From contig PDIP01000037.1 in NCBI GenBank assembly GCA_002811645.1, positions 1 to 64,000 of the forward strand: a stretch of 64,000 bases of DNA, in the 5' to 3' direction. Below are positions 53,102 through 64,000 of the stretch, in pieces. Under the pieces are notes generated by a model. The model had not been told where the DNA came from. It saw nothing but the letters and a program-made list of their open reading frames with translations, and searched no databases. The stretch's first letter is position 1, and each line of letters opens with the position of its first letter. Position numbers and translations under genes: made by a program. This DNA is from Corallochytrium limacisporum Hawaii (lineage: Eukaryota > Protista > Pluriformea).

Positions 53102-54391
53102 TCATAGGGTTGGTGGCTTCCTGGGTGCGTAGTTGTACCCAGTACTGGCTTCCACATGAGGATAGTCAGCATCTGGAGTGTCATCGTCGACCGCTGCACG
53201 CTCCAAGTACGCGTCACCGTCGTCTGTGAGGCCATCCAGGGCATCATAGCTTGACACGCGGTTGTGTTGACCAAGGTGTCCTTCTTCGCTGCTCGACTCA
53301 CCATCGTACGAGTCCTTCGCTTCGGCCGGTGTGACTTCACGGGACCTGCGGCGGTGGACCAGGAATCCGCCAAGAGCGAGCAGTGCCACCAGTGGCAGGG
53401 CAACAGACAGTCCGAGGATCACGGATGAGGGTAGTCCACCGCTGCCATTTTCCTGCGCTCCAGGACTTCCATCATCCCAATCGCTCTCGTCCATGAGCTG
53501 AGGTTCACTGCTTAGCGAGTAGCGCACGACATCCATATTCTGCACATCCAGATTGCCGACGATTTCACCTGATGCCCAGAGGGTATTGAAAAGCTCAAGA
53601 GCAGCCTCACCACTGTCCTTGGTCTCCACACCGATCCGCAAGGTCATGTCATCGTCCGCAATTTCTGCGCTAACTCCGCTCTCAGTGCGCAATGCACGGT
53701 AGACCTGAATATTGGAAACTGGAACGGTCATGGCTGCCGACAGAGCTATGCGGAAGGCGTCGACTCGGTCCTGGCGACGATAGGGTAGTCGCCAGCTCAC
53801 CACAGCTGTTGCAACCACTGCATAAGCACCGATGCGCTCGAAGGGGGCCTCGAGATCCAGCGCGGAGCCGGCGTTGGCCTTAATCGGGTCGAACTTGACG
53901 ATGGGCTCGACATCGTAACCCCAGCGGTCGATGGAACTTAGAACTTCACCGGTGGCGGCGTCATAGACAGGTTCATCGACGCCGCCATTGGCGAGGACGT
54001 TACCGCTGCCAGTGGTGTCGTCGTTACCAGGGTAGAAAGTGTCACCACCGTTGTTGGCATTGTCGTAGCCTGGCCAGGTGTGGAGGGGCCCACTCATGAC
54101 AAGGTCACCACTCTCCTGGAACCAATTCTTCCGGGGAAACTGCAAGTCAGGATTACCATCATTGTTAGGAGTTTTATCATTAGGGAGGGTGTTTAGTTTT
54201 GAGGAATCCTCGATATCCTCAAACAGGGCATGTTGCGTCTGGTCATCGCCACCGCTGGCAACACATACAGCCTCCTCCATGTTGCACACCATACCGTTTG
54301 GACATTCATCGGAAGTCATGCACTTCGGCCCCAGTCCGTGTACGAGGGTTGCCATGGCCAGCATGGCAGCACCCAGAAGCCCCATAGTCAT
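53102..54391 (-). CDS. Type-I membrane protein with Cys-rich module and acidic, Tyr-rich cytoplasmic tail
   Basis: Signal peptide, CMTSDECPNGMVC..C, TM segment VILGLSVALPLVALLALGGFLV followed by HRRRSR. Confidence 0.8.
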   Translation of the reverse strand: MTMGLLGAAMLAMATLVHGLGPKCMTSDECPNGMVCNMEEAVCVASGGDDQTQHALFEDIEDSSKLNTLPNDKTPNNDGNPDLQFPRKNWFQESGDLVMSGPLHTWPGYDNANNGGDTFYPGNDDTTGSGNVLANGGVDEPVYDAATGEVLSSIDRWGYDVEPIVKFDPIKANAGSALDLEAPFERIGAYAVVATAVVSWRLPYRRQDRVDAFRIALSAAMTVPVSNIQVYRALRTESGVSAEIADDDMTLRIGVETKDSGEAALELFNTLWASGEIVGNLDVQNMDVVRYSLSSEPQLMDESDWDDGSPGAQENGSGGLPSSVILGLSVALPLVALLALGGFLVHRRRSREVTPAEAKDSYDGESSSEEGHLGQHNRVSSYDALDGLTDDGDAYLERAAVDDDTPDADYPHVEASTGYNYAPRKPPTL

Positions 54392-55942
54392 AGTTCAAAA
54401 CCAGGAGTTCTTATGTTGGAAATGATCTGAGTTTAATTTTACTTTTCTGGGCCTTTTCACAGCCTCTTTTTGCCCTTGGTGTTTCCTGGGATCACGGTCT
54501 AGTCTATAACCACACGTGTATCCCTTGTCAGACCTCTCAAGGAACTTGTACCTTCAAGCGTTCCCCTGGGCATTGACATGCCTTCCCCCATCAGGGAAAC
54601 AGACCGGTGACCTCCCTACAATGAAGATTCTACAGCTAGCTAAGCTAGCTACCCTACACAAAACTGGCTCTGGCCCTAGGAATATGTATGTATGCTGCCC
54701 GGTGCGTTGGCACCATTGCTAGAAACATGTATCGTCAACCCCGCCTTCCACCCTCCGCCCGCCCCTGGTCCGCTTGCTACCGAATCCCATGGTTTCGCCC
54801 GATTGGCTGGAGGAAACTCTGTCCGACTGCGTCCCCCTCCCTCCCGTTTTTCTTTGCCTCCAAGGGGGGGGGGTGGGGGGCGCGGGTCTGTATAGTCCAA
54901 CTACGGCGTTGGCGGTAGTTTTTTTTTTGCCAGCAGAAGAAAGGGGCGCTGTTCGCTCGGACCAGATCTGCTCACCCTTCCGCCTTGGCAACGGGTGGAC
55001 AGCGCACGAAAGCCAGTGGTCGGACACCCTACGGACTCGCGCGCTTTGGGCGTGGCTTACTCTACTAGTACTAATTTTTCTTCTGTTTTGGTTTCCTCCA
55101 ATTTCTTTTTTTTTTTTTGTGATTCCATTTAGTTTCCTTGTAACTTTTCCGCGTTCCATTTTCTTTTCTTGGCTTCGCTCTGGTCTGCCCTTTCCAGGTG
55201 GTCTCTAGCAATTTCCTCGTCTCCCTCGAAGGTAGTGTTGAATCGCTGAGTGGTTCCAAGCCCTTTCCGGTCCCTTGCGCACCGCACCCGCTCCTAAGCG
55301 CTTCCTCCGCTCCTCCTCACACCTCCCCCACCTTCGGCTTTTCTCTTGAGCGTCAAACAGCCCCCATTGGCCCCAGGCACCAAGGTCCTTCTCCTCCCGG
55401 GGGAGGGGGATTAAATCAACACCGCATAGATACCCCGTGCTGTCCTTGTTTCACTATGGTACCCCGGTCCTTAATGTCACCATTGATTTGATTAAATCGG
55501 ATTCAACCATTGTATGTGGAAATCCATTGATTTGCTTCAGGGCCGGTGATTACTTCCGTGTCACCTCTGCTGCCGTACCAGCAGCGGAGCCCGGAGCCCC
55601 TTGGGCGGCAGTGCATGTGTTCCCACCTTTACGAAGAATATTTGGTACTTACTGTCCATCCCCACGCAAAGGGGGGGGTTTGGCGGGCTGACAAGAAACA
55701 AGGGGGAAGGGGGAGGGGGGGGGCGTTAGGATGGAATGGAATGGGGTCCAAGGGTTGGAGCGAAAAGGACGGGCGCCACCATGTTTTCATTGAATGTCCG
55801 TGTCATCGTTCGCACCCGAACGTCCACAGCCAGAGGTACTTCAATACAGATCATAGAAATGACATTTTCGACACCTTTACCCTGAACTCTTGTGGGACCT
55901 TCCAGTACTTAGTCGATATGTGTGTCTGTGAATTGCACGGAA

Positions 55943-56305
55943 ATGGAAATGGTGAACATGGGAAGAAAGGCCCCTAACGGGCTTCTCACCGATATGATAG
56001 CCGCTGTACAGCGAGAAGACTGGTTAGTTGCACACAATCTGTGCGAAGAAATTATTAGGATCGAGCCCGACAATGCGCAGGCGCAGGAAATGCTTTCGGT
56101 AATCGTCGGGAATATTCAGTATGACATGCATCACGCAGGAGGGGTTCAAGAACACGAAGGTGAGGACGGTGCAGACGACGAAGACGATGAGGAAGAAGAG
56201 TTCAAGATTGACGAAGATGACGAAGATGAAGAAGAGGAAGAAGAAGAGGACGACCTTGACAGCTACGAAGACGAGGCCCTCATGCGAGACAGTCTGGAAG
56301 GATGA
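55943..56305 (+). CDS. Glutamate-rich protein 2 (ERICH2)-like
   Basis: AP..LL....A....DW..A..LCE.I...EPDN..AQE motif followed by a D/E tract. Which ATG is used is uncertain. Confidence 0.6.
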   Translation: MEMVNMGRKAPNGLLTDMIAAVQREDWLVAHNLCEEIIRIEPDNAQAQEMLSVIVGNIQYDMHHAGGVQEHEGEDGADDEDDEEEEFKIDEDDEDEEEEEEEDDLDSYEDEALMRDSLEG

Positions 56306-56457
56306 ATCGATCACTGAGGGCCGCCAACACCCTCATTGCTAAAGAACAAGTCTGGTGCACAGACTCTAGACTAAAATGATACATACTATATTACATCAAT
56401 TTCACTTCAACAAGAAGAGGTAGACCTTACGACTGTGGATTTAATCCAACCTTCTGT

Positions 56458-56703
56458 TCAATCACCTTTGATCTTCTTGCGGGTGTTCAAGAAGTCCCCC
56501 ACCTTGATACCTTCCTCAAATGCCATTCCGTTCTCAGATGTCTTTACCTTCTCAGATGTCATCCCCTCCGATGTTTCAGAATTTGCTTTCATCTTGGCAC
56601 CTTCATGGTCATTCATGCTGTCCGTGCTCGGCTTCGTCAAAAAATTGTCGTCTAGTCCAACATCCAGAGCCATCATGGCGCAACCCAGAAACCCTATGGT
56701 CAT
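56458..56703 (-). CDS. Small hypothetical protein (81 aa)
   Basis: ATG with A at -3, an otherwise unused promoter core at ~57100-57300, convergent with ERICH2-like. Confidence 0.35.
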   Translation of the reverse strand: MTIGFLGCAMMALDVGLDDNFLTKPSTDSMNDHEGAKMKANSETSEGMTSEKVKTSENGMAFEEGIKVGDFLNTRKKIKGD

Positions 56704-57566
56704 TGTTCACTTTGCGAGTCAATGTGTTCTGTTGAATACTATCAGAGCCTTTATAGCCTCTCTATGATTACAGCTTTCTTTTGGTTTCGATTTGCTCGGT
56801 GATTATGGTCTAGTCGACCGCTCATTTGAACTTACGGTTTGGTTCTCTTCAGGAGCCTCTTCTACCTTGCACAGCCCTCAGGTCATTCCCTTATGTTTCT
56901 TGACAGGAACGCATACAGGAATGTACCAAAGCCAACGATGACCTACATGACTCCATCACTGTCAGTGCTTTTGTGCGCAGGCAGTCCGATCATTACATTC
57001 TCAAGAGTTCCGTACGTCAGCACATTGCCAATCTGGGCCTTTCCCCTCCTCCAACGCGGTTGCTAGCCGCTTATTTTGACATGGGGTTAGGGTCAGCGGA
57101 TTCTGGCTGAGAAGTAAAAAAGAGGTCGGGGAACGGATCCGCTGGGTGGGGCAAGGAATCTTCTCCTTCTTTTTCGCCGGGGGTCCCCACGCCAGTTCGT
57201 GGGGTACCGGGGGCCGCAATTCCTCCATAGTGGCTGAGCATACGGAGGAGGGGAGGGGTGAGATTGGGAGTTAAAATGAACAGGCACGAGCCGGGTTTTT
57301 CTCGAGTCTGTTGAGTGGCTTTAATATTGTTGTGTGTTTGAAAATACCTCGGAGTCTACTGTGCGGCTTGATAACTCCCTTTTCAGACATTTTGCGTCGT
57401 ATCAGCGGGGTGTTTCATACAGGACTTGCTTTAAATGGCCCTGCGCAGTGCCCAGCCCGCAGGGAGGCAGGGCTAGAAAAATCTCAGCTTGCGTTGCAAC
57501 TTCTACGCCTTACTACCTCTCAATCCAAGCCACGTCGTGGCCCGGAAGAGCCGTAGGGGCACCAAA

Positions 57567-58748
57567 TCATTGCTTTCTCTTCAACTCTTTGTCATACTTA
57601 CTAACCCAAGCGACGATGCTGTCGCTCACCAATTTGGGTTGTTCGATGTGCAGCCAGTGACCAGCCTCCTCTACCCGTATAAACTTGATATCTGCTTTGA
57701 AGCGGGAGTCAAACTTTACTCCCTTCATGTCACCGAAGACCACATCGAAGAGGTGCGTATCGATGCACCCGTCATCTGCCCCACTAAGGTAGAGCGTAGG
57801 AACTGTGATTATGGAGTCCAGAATCTGCTTCTGCAGTTTCAACGAGTCAGACCCGATGAGGTTGGGCGTAAGCTGCGCACCAATGTTCCAGCGATAGTAG
57901 CCCAATGCCCGGCTTAGAGTCCCGTCCAGGCTGAGGGTGGCGATCGCTGACTCCATCTGTCGGTTCTGTTCCGGTGACGACTCGCTGTCCTCGTGTTCAG
58001 ATCCGTACCCAGGGCTCCATGTCTTCCACAGATGGCGGATGAAGAGCATGTCGTGGTACTCGCTGACCAACTCAGGTAGCATTGGCAACTGGAAGAATGC
58101 CATGTACCAGGAATTGCGATACTGTTTAGGAAGTTCCTGCATGGCCTGCAGGGCGAAGGGAGGCACAGCGAGAGCGGTTGCACTGATGATATTGTCCGGG
58201 TACAGACTGTTGGCCGCGGTCACGAGCACTGCACCCCAGTCATGGCCGACCATGTGGAATTTGTCCTTGCCAAGGCCTTTGGCCATCTCCAGGTAGTCCA
58301 TGGCTATGTCGACGACGTAGTAGGATAAACCAGGATGATGGCTGGAGGTCTCGTAACCTCGAAGCATGGGGGCCACGACATAGAAACCCTTGGCTGCGAG
58401 CTCCCTCATTATGTAACCGAAACTGCGATTGTTGTCCGGGAATCCGTGGATGCATATGACCAGGGGATTGGACTCATCCCCGACGGCCCAGCCGCTGAAG
58501 GTCAGGTTTTCCTTTTCATTCTTCAGTAGGATGCTCTTGAATTCAGGATCACCGGGAATTGGAGCGAGGGCGACAAGTTCACGAAGTTCTGCAACTTTCT
58601 GTTCGTTGTAGAACAAAGTGATTGGACTGAAGCGGGGGTAGCCGCCAGCATCGGCCCATTCGGTAGTAAAACCCCGAAGAAAAATGATCGCGGAGACGAT
58701 CGTAAAGATCCACTGCAGCAGGTTAAGACCGGAGTGGTTGAGATTCAT
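57567..58748 (-). CDS. Epoxide hydrolase (EPHX3/4-like alpha/beta hydrolase)
   Basis: N-terminal TM, HGFPD, GHDWGA nucleophile elbow, SWY, YYR, GADD, GHWLH. Confidence 0.9.
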   Translation of the reverse strand: MNLNHSGLNLLQWIFTIVSAIIFLRGFTTEWADAGGYPRFSPITLFYNEQKVAELRELVALAPIPGDPEFKSILLKNEKENLTFSGWAVGDESNPLVICIHGFPDNNRSFGYIMRELAAKGFYVVAPMLRGYETSSHHPGLSYYVVDIAMDYLEMAKGLGKDKFHMVGHDWGAVLVTAANSLYPDNIISATALAVPPFALQAMQELPKQYRNSWYMAFFQLPMLPELVSEYHDMLFIRHLWKTWSPGYGSEHEDSESSPEQNRQMESAIATLSLDGTLSRALGYYRWNIGAQLTPNLIGSDSLKLQKQILDSIITVPTLYLSGADDGCIDTHLFDVVFGDMKGVKFDSRFKADIKFIRVEEAGHWLHIEQPKLVSDSIVAWVSKYDKELKRKQ

Positions 58749-59520
58749 GGTTTGCTCACTACATCTGAAGTGCTTGCCGCCACGTTGGAAAGTGGTACAG
58801 ATGTGATAAATGAGACTTGAACGTATGTTCCATGATGTCGCTCCAAATAGTATTAAAAGCACAGTCCGAAAATACTGGCTGGTAAATCCACTGCGGCCTG
58901 CTGACGTACGCGCTGCGGATTGTTCGTATGGTTCCCAACATAAAGCAATGATGATCTGTTGACAGATCCGTTGGTACCATCAAAAGCAACTCACTGTACC
59001 ACTGTATCATGTAGTCGAGAGTAATCGGTGTGCTGTCGAACCTGTCTGGACGGGAGGGGGCCGCGGCAAATCGCTGGAGAGGATAATCAATGGGGAAGCC
59101 AGGCAGACATGTGAGTGTCCCCCCGTGTGCACACAACCCAACACAGGTACACAGAGTCCTTTAGAATCTCCCTATTCCCCGGGGCCGGGCAATTGCGCAT
59201 AGGTGGTGGGGTGGGGCCTATTTTTACGTCGAACAAGTCGAGGATAAGAGAAAAATGGAGCGCGGCGGACCGGACGGGTGCTAATAAAATGTGAGCGCCA
59301 ACCGTTCCGAAAACCTATCTGACGCCGACAAGACTGTTCTGTACTGCCTGCAGTCCCACGTAATCGTGCAAAGATTATATGTCATTGAATACTTGCCAAC
59401 AAAATGGTCTCTAAGGCCATACAGGTTCTCTCTCCCATTGGCTAAGAGTATTATTCATTTAGAGCCAGTGAGATGTGACAAGAAGAATAAAACTTTCACT
59501 TTGTAAAAACAACTCCGATC

Positions 59521-60822
59521 ATGTCTTCTTACTCCGAAGACGACTACGATGACGTCTACGGTGAAAGCAACGGCACAAAGCGCAATGCCGCGGACCATGA
59601 TCAGGAAATAAAGCCAGCAAAGCGCAGGAAAGGTGGCAAGCGCAGTGCGTCAGGCATGAATGCCGTATTCTGTCTCTGCAGGCAGGCCGAGGACAGTAAT
59701 CGCACGTATGTGGCCTGTGACAAATGCAATGGTTGGTTTCACGTAGAATGCGTAGGTTTACAAGAAGCAGCTGCAGAGAAAGCCATCGCTTGGTACTGTC
59801 CCGGATGCATGCAGAGTGATGCGACCCTGCGGATAGCCTTTGAGCGAACCGCGGAGACATGTGCCCACTCGGGATGTAACCGTCGGGTACGGCAGCAAAG
59901 CAAGTACTGCAGTGTTGGATGTGCTGCCCATGTTGCATATATGCGATTGTTGGCGGGCACAGATAGCAAGGTGCAGGAGGAGAGGGTTCGAGATCGCGAA
60001 AAGGGTGGCGAAGAAGAGAAGGATGAGCTGGGGCAGAAGGAGCAGACGACAGCCGCTCGTGAGGAAAGGCTGGCCGCCACTGATCGTTACGACTGGGATT
60101 TGCTGCAATGCATGATCAAGCTTGCGGCTCGCCAGGCCGTATTGAAGGACAAAGCACGGGTGTACTTAAATCGTAGTCGCGAACGCATTGTGCCGGAGTC
60201 AAATGAGGAAGGCAGAACAGCGTCCTCCGCACCAACGAATGAGGCAAAGCTTTCAACGGAAGCACTTCCGGTCAAGCGCCGAAGCGCAAAACTTACACCC
60301 AAATTACTCACCGCAGTAACCGTCGACTGCAGCGTATGTGGTTTGGCTTTTGCTCGTGCCAAATACTCTGCGCATGTGTTCAATTGCTGGCTCAAATTGG
60401 AGAAGAAGAAAGACGTACCTTCCATTGCTTTTGACGAAGAGGACGACCACGGCGTGGCTTGCCTGAAGCCCACAAAGAACAGTGACGGTATGTGCTACAG
60501 ATTGCAGGCTTTGTGTGCCAAGCATAACTCTCTGATCAAGGCCGGAGTCAGTAACCGGGGGGTGGACGGGAGTGATGCCTCGACAGCCGGAGACCGCTGC
60601 GGACAGCCGCTGGAGGGGGCAACATCGCAATGCGGGACGAGGATCGGTGACTGTCCCCGCCACCATTCGTGTTGGGGTCACGTCCAGGCCGGGTTCCAAC
60701 AACTCGGAGCCCGTCGTTGTCTCATGCAAAAGGCTGACGTTGGAGCGCGGATGACCAAAGTCGAACGCAGTCTGTACAATAGGAATCCATTGCTGAACAA
60801 AGTGGTGAATTCAAGAAGGTGA
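59521..60822 (+). CDS. CXXC1: Cfp1/Spp1-like COMPASS PHD subunit
   Basis: PHD (FCLCR..ACDKCNGWFHVECVG..WYCPGC), SKYCSVGC motif, Cys-rich C-terminal domain (CSVC..HVFNC, CYRLQALCAKH, CPRHHSCW). Confidence 0.8.
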   Translation: MSSYSEDDYDDVYGESNGTKRNAADHDQEIKPAKRRKGGKRSASGMNAVFCLCRQAEDSNRTYVACDKCNGWFHVECVGLQEAAAEKAIAWYCPGCMQSDATLRIAFERTAETCAHSGCNRRVRQQSKYCSVGCAAHVAYMRLLAGTDSKVQEERVRDREKGGEEEKDELGQKEQTTAAREERLAATDRYDWDLLQCMIKLAARQAVLKDKARVYLNRSRERIVPESNEEGRTASSAPTNEAKLSTEALPVKRRSAKLTPKLLTAVTVDCSVCGLAFARAKYSAHVFNCWLKLEKKKDVPSIAFDEEDDHGVACLKPTKNSDGMCYRLQALCAKHNSLIKAGVSNRGVDGSDASTAGDRCGQPLEGATSQCGTRIGDCPRHHSCWGHVQAGFQQLGARRCLMQKADVGARMTKVERSLYNRNPLLNKVVNSRR

Positions 60823-60972
60823 GCATGTGATTGGATGTTCCAACGATACGATTTTGCCCTTTCGTAGAACGGCCATAAACATTGAATATCTGTTCTTGAG
60901 CGGTAGAAAATCCTTAGTATCTAAATCAGTAATTCAAGCAACTCTATTAGTCTTAAATGAAGGATCTCCATC

Positions 60973-61779
60973 TCAGTCCTGCAATACTCCGACAAAGTTA
61001 GTGAGGTCAGTGAGTTGCCTCATACCAAAGGCAACGTTGGTCTGCAGTGGCACTCCCTTTGGCACCACAGCGCTGCCATCATCTAGCACTTCCCATCCTT
61101 GCTCCCTCACAGTGGCTATAACTGACTCTGGCGGCAAGCCCAATCGTTCCGCTAGAGACTGTACAGTAATCACAGCGTAGGCCTGACGGGTAGTGCGGAT
61201 GACCTGTGCGACAATAGCATCGAGTAAGGCCGATGCATGCGGTCGCAATGCTTCTGACCAAGACGACGCTGCCAGTGACTGAGCGGCAGCTGATCCATTT
61301 GCTCCTGGAGCGCCCAGCATCAGACTTGCGTCCGAGTACCTGCACTGCCACAACGCCTTTCCTACCTGCCAGACCTGCCACGGCCGACTGCCCTCCGATC
61401 GGTATTGTTCCGGTATCCGTTCCCAAAGAAACTTTGCCTGCGGTAGTTTGAACAGAATCAGAAGAGCAAACAGATAGGTGGCATAGTGTGTTTCATCCAG
61501 GCGATTCTTCTCACTTGGGCCTGCCAATTCGAGCTGCAGTGCACTGGTCACTACCGTTTCATAGTCTCTCGATTCCACAGCCATGCGAAAGACATCCCAG
61601 CTCGGTTCGAGTTTTATTGGTGGTTGAATCGGGTCGTCACAAATGGATCCAATACTGATCTTTTTGTGAGGGTTATTGCCACCACCACTGCTACTATTGC
61701 TACTTCTACCGCCGTATGAAGCTGTTGTCTGCTGTTGCGATTGCTGCTGATCACTATCCTGCTGCTGGCGGGCCTCCAT
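60973..61779 (-). CDS. COPS8: COP9 signalosome subunit 8
   Basis: AKFLWERIP, VWQVGKALWQ, QAYAVI..LA..LGL, GW, QLTDLTNFVGVL. Confidence 0.9.
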   Translation of the reverse strand: MEARQQQDSDQQQSQQQTTASYGGRSSNSSSGGGNNPHKKISIGSICDDPIQPPIKLEPSWDVFRMAVESRDYETVVTSALQLELAGPSEKNRLDETHYATYLFALLILFKLPQAKFLWERIPEQYRSEGSRPWQVWQVGKALWQCRYSDASLMLGAPGANGSAAAQSLAASSWSEALRPHASALLDAIVAQVIRTTRQAYAVITVQSLAERLGLPPESVIATVREQGWEVLDDGSAVVPKGVPLQTNVAFGMRQLTDLTNFVGVLQD

Positions 61780-62585
61780 TTTGTTCTGCTTCTTTCCTGT
61801 GGCTACAATATCGAGGCCCGCCGAACCTTTCCGCTTGCCGTTCTGAATGGTTACTGCAGGGATTTTCAACCCGACTGTCTTTAAGTGCAACACTTAAAAG
61901 AAGTCCTTCGAACTGGCTGTGGTTTCGCTTTGCTGGTTTCCTTACACCCGTGCCCGCGAGCGGATCTCCATACAGGGTCAGATGAACTCAAGTTGTTCGC
62001 CAAGCTTGTTCCATCTAGCGGTCCAGATACCACCGGGACACATTTCCATTCCTTAAGTATGTCATCATCACACATACAAGCGTCCTTCGAAATTGGTTGA
62101 CAGTCAGTGGGCCAAACTGCAGGAGCACACTCCTCACCGCCAACGGATTTGTGTGTTTTCTCATTTGGAGCCAAACGCACTGTTGGCCCCCGCTCGGAGG
62201 GCGACCAAATTGCAGGCCGAGCACTCCGTCTCCGCAGGGGTTTTCCGCAGGAGACAGAATTGGGCTCCGATTTTGGGGCCCGGGGTGTGTTCTGCTGGCA
62301 CACACACCTCCCCTCCCGGCGGGAGGGGGGGGGTTGTCTCTTCCCTCTGTGTGTGTGGCTCCCCCGCTGTGTCTGCCTTTCCTTTCCGTTGTTTTGCCGA
62401 AAACAGTGAAAGGCAGCAAGTTTGGTGTTCGGTGCCGTTCGTCCCTACCCCCCAAGACACCGCTGCAGGAGGGATGTGAGCTGATGGTATGGTATTTCAT
62501 AATGATTCGATATGTTTTCTGTGATCAACGTGTATCGCACGCTCACACACTTTACATATCCACAGACGACCACGAAACAGAAGGC

Positions 62586-62834
62586 ATGGTCAACGTTGAC
62601 GAAGAAGTCGAGCTCCTGAAGCGGGAGATGAAGCGGTTGGGCGAGAAGAACGCCGAGGGTCAATATGTGGTCCCGTTTGGTGTCCTCTTTGCAGATGATA
62701 AGTGTGCCAATATCTTTGAGGCTATAGTCGGCACTCTTAGGGCTGCCAAGAAGCGCAAGATTGTCGACTTTGAGGGCGAGATGTTGTTCCAGGGAACCCA
62801 CGACAAGGTACCAATCACACTTCTTCAGGAGTAG
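62586..62834 (+). CDS. ABRACL: Costars family protein
   Basis: MVNVDEEVELLKREMKRLG..FGVLFADDKCANIFEAIVGTLRAAKKRKIVDFEGEMLFQGTHDKV. Confidence 0.96.
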   Translation: MVNVDEEVELLKREMKRLGEKNAEGQYVVPFGVLFADDKCANIFEAIVGTLRAAKKRKIVDFEGEMLFQGTHDKVPITLLQE

Positions 62835-63420
62835 GACTACAAGGCATCATCATCATCGACCCCGAAACTAGTATGAATACATCGTCACTAATTACAAAAT
62901 TCATTTATGTCTCTGTGTCTACAACAGGTTCTGGCAACGTTTGGGGAGTGGTCACCTCAACCCAGATGCTTTGCATATTGAAACCTGCTTATGTGCCATG
63001 GATGCGTTCCCCGCTTGTTGGCCCCTTCCTCTCTCACCCCAAGCGCTCCGATTATTCTTTCTCTGTTCCGGGCCCAAAGTCGGGCCCAATTTATTGATTA
63101 GATCGAAGCCAGAGACTGTGGCACACTCCCCGGTTGGAGGCTTCAGCGTATACACCCTATGTTTTTTCGCGCGCGCTTTAGCCTTCCGCACCATGGGGGA
63201 GGGGAGAGTACCCGTTCGAAGAAGTTGCGGGGAAGCCCTGAAGGACCTGATTTGTTTCTGTGCTTGTTCCCTTATGCTCCTTTCCTTCTACTGTGGTTCT
63301 TTCTTTTCTGGTCCATCAACTTCCTATGATTTGGGTGTTTCAGAATGTAATGTTAAGAAAACAGGGTCCATTTCATGCTGATGGTTTGGTGGATCGAGAT
63401 ATGGGAAATACATGTATGCC

Positions 63421-63900
63421 ATGCCGGCCAAAAAGAAGAACGCGGCCGATGCCGAACAGAAGGAACATGATGACAAGCCGTTAGAGAATGTGGAAGGACC
63501 GACAGGTGACGAGGGTCCCAAGAAAAAGAAGCAGAAGACCTCAAAAGGAGGCGACTCCGGGAAGGAAACCGTCGACCACATCCCCGTGGCACGAATCAAG
63601 CGAATTGTAAAGCAAGACCCAGAGGCTGGCAAGATCGGACAGGAGGCAGCGGTGGCAGTAGGGGCTGCGACGGAACTATTCTTGGAATATTTCTGTAAGT
63701 GTGCCCTGCGGCCGTTGCTGAAGAGCAACCGAAAGACTCTGAACTACTCAGACTGTGCGCAGACTGTGGCAAATCAGGAAGTGTTTGAGTTCCTCTCGGA
63801 CGCAATTCCGCATCAGATTGTGCACCGCCCTAAGAAACCAGAAGTAGTGGCTAACGAAAAGAAAGGATCAGGGGAAGAAACAGCAGCCACGGAGGCCTGA
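63421..63900 (+). CDS. H2A-like histone-fold protein (CHRAC1/POLE4/Dpb3 family)
   Basis: IPVARIKRIVKQDP..ATELF..RKTLNYSD..FEFLSDAIP. Start at 63421 or 63412. Confidence 0.88.
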   Translation: MPAKKKNAADAEQKEHDDKPLENVEGPTGDEGPKKKKQKTSKGGDSGKETVDHIPVARIKRIVKQDPEAGKIGQEAAVAVGAATELFLEYFCKCALRPLLKSNRKTLNYSDCAQTVANQEVFEFLSDAIPHQIVHRPKKPEVVANEKKGSGEETAATEA

Positions 63901-64000
63901 TTGATGGTTTAGCAACCTATCGTCAACTCGAGCAATGAATTAACTTATAAGAATTTATGCACCGAAATCGTCAGGGAAGCGAAATCTGATCTATACCTGA

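Noticed and set aside
61978-62072. Minus-strand box C (GTGATGA) to box D (CTGA), ~90 nt, in the CSN8 leader
   Set aside because: No terminal stem, no recognisable rRNA guide, and it overlaps a putative donor site.
1-64000. CRISPR arrays, transposons, rRNA, tRNA
   Set aside because: No repeat-spacer arrays, transposase or RT ORFs, terminal repeats, or rRNA/tRNA signatures seen.

Overview
Compact, almost intron-free eukaryotic DNA with about 24 protein genes: ELYS, CLASP, alpha-COP, RPL27A, PROSER3-like, Lunapark, DHX57-like, ZNHIT3, KANSL1-like, MAPK phosphatase, Homer, GT5 glycogen synthase, ADH-like, PanE, TTC19-like, an ankyrin protein, a type-I membrane protein, ERICH2-like, epoxide hydrolase, Cfp1, CSN8, Costars and a histone-fold protein. 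Animal-type genes in such an intron-poor genome suggest a unicellular holozoan, for example Corallochytrium-like (inference only). Nearly every gene start has a low-complexity promoter core (poly-G/C, poly-A/T, (CA)n, CCCGGG) upstream. The main exception is DHX57, which starts 15 nt after the ZNHIT3 stop. The 600 nt between their ATGs contain no ATG in any frame, ZNHIT3 has a weak start context, and a short uORF overlaps that start. This is the signature of a bicistronic mRNA translated by leaky scanning or reinitiation. Candidate structured ncRNAs also occur: a rod-like intronic RNA that sequesters its own 5' splice site (16.2-16.4 kb), an expanded U1-like RNA and an Sm-site RNA (40.5-40.9 kb). 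All structures and family calls were made by eye; no folding or database search was run.
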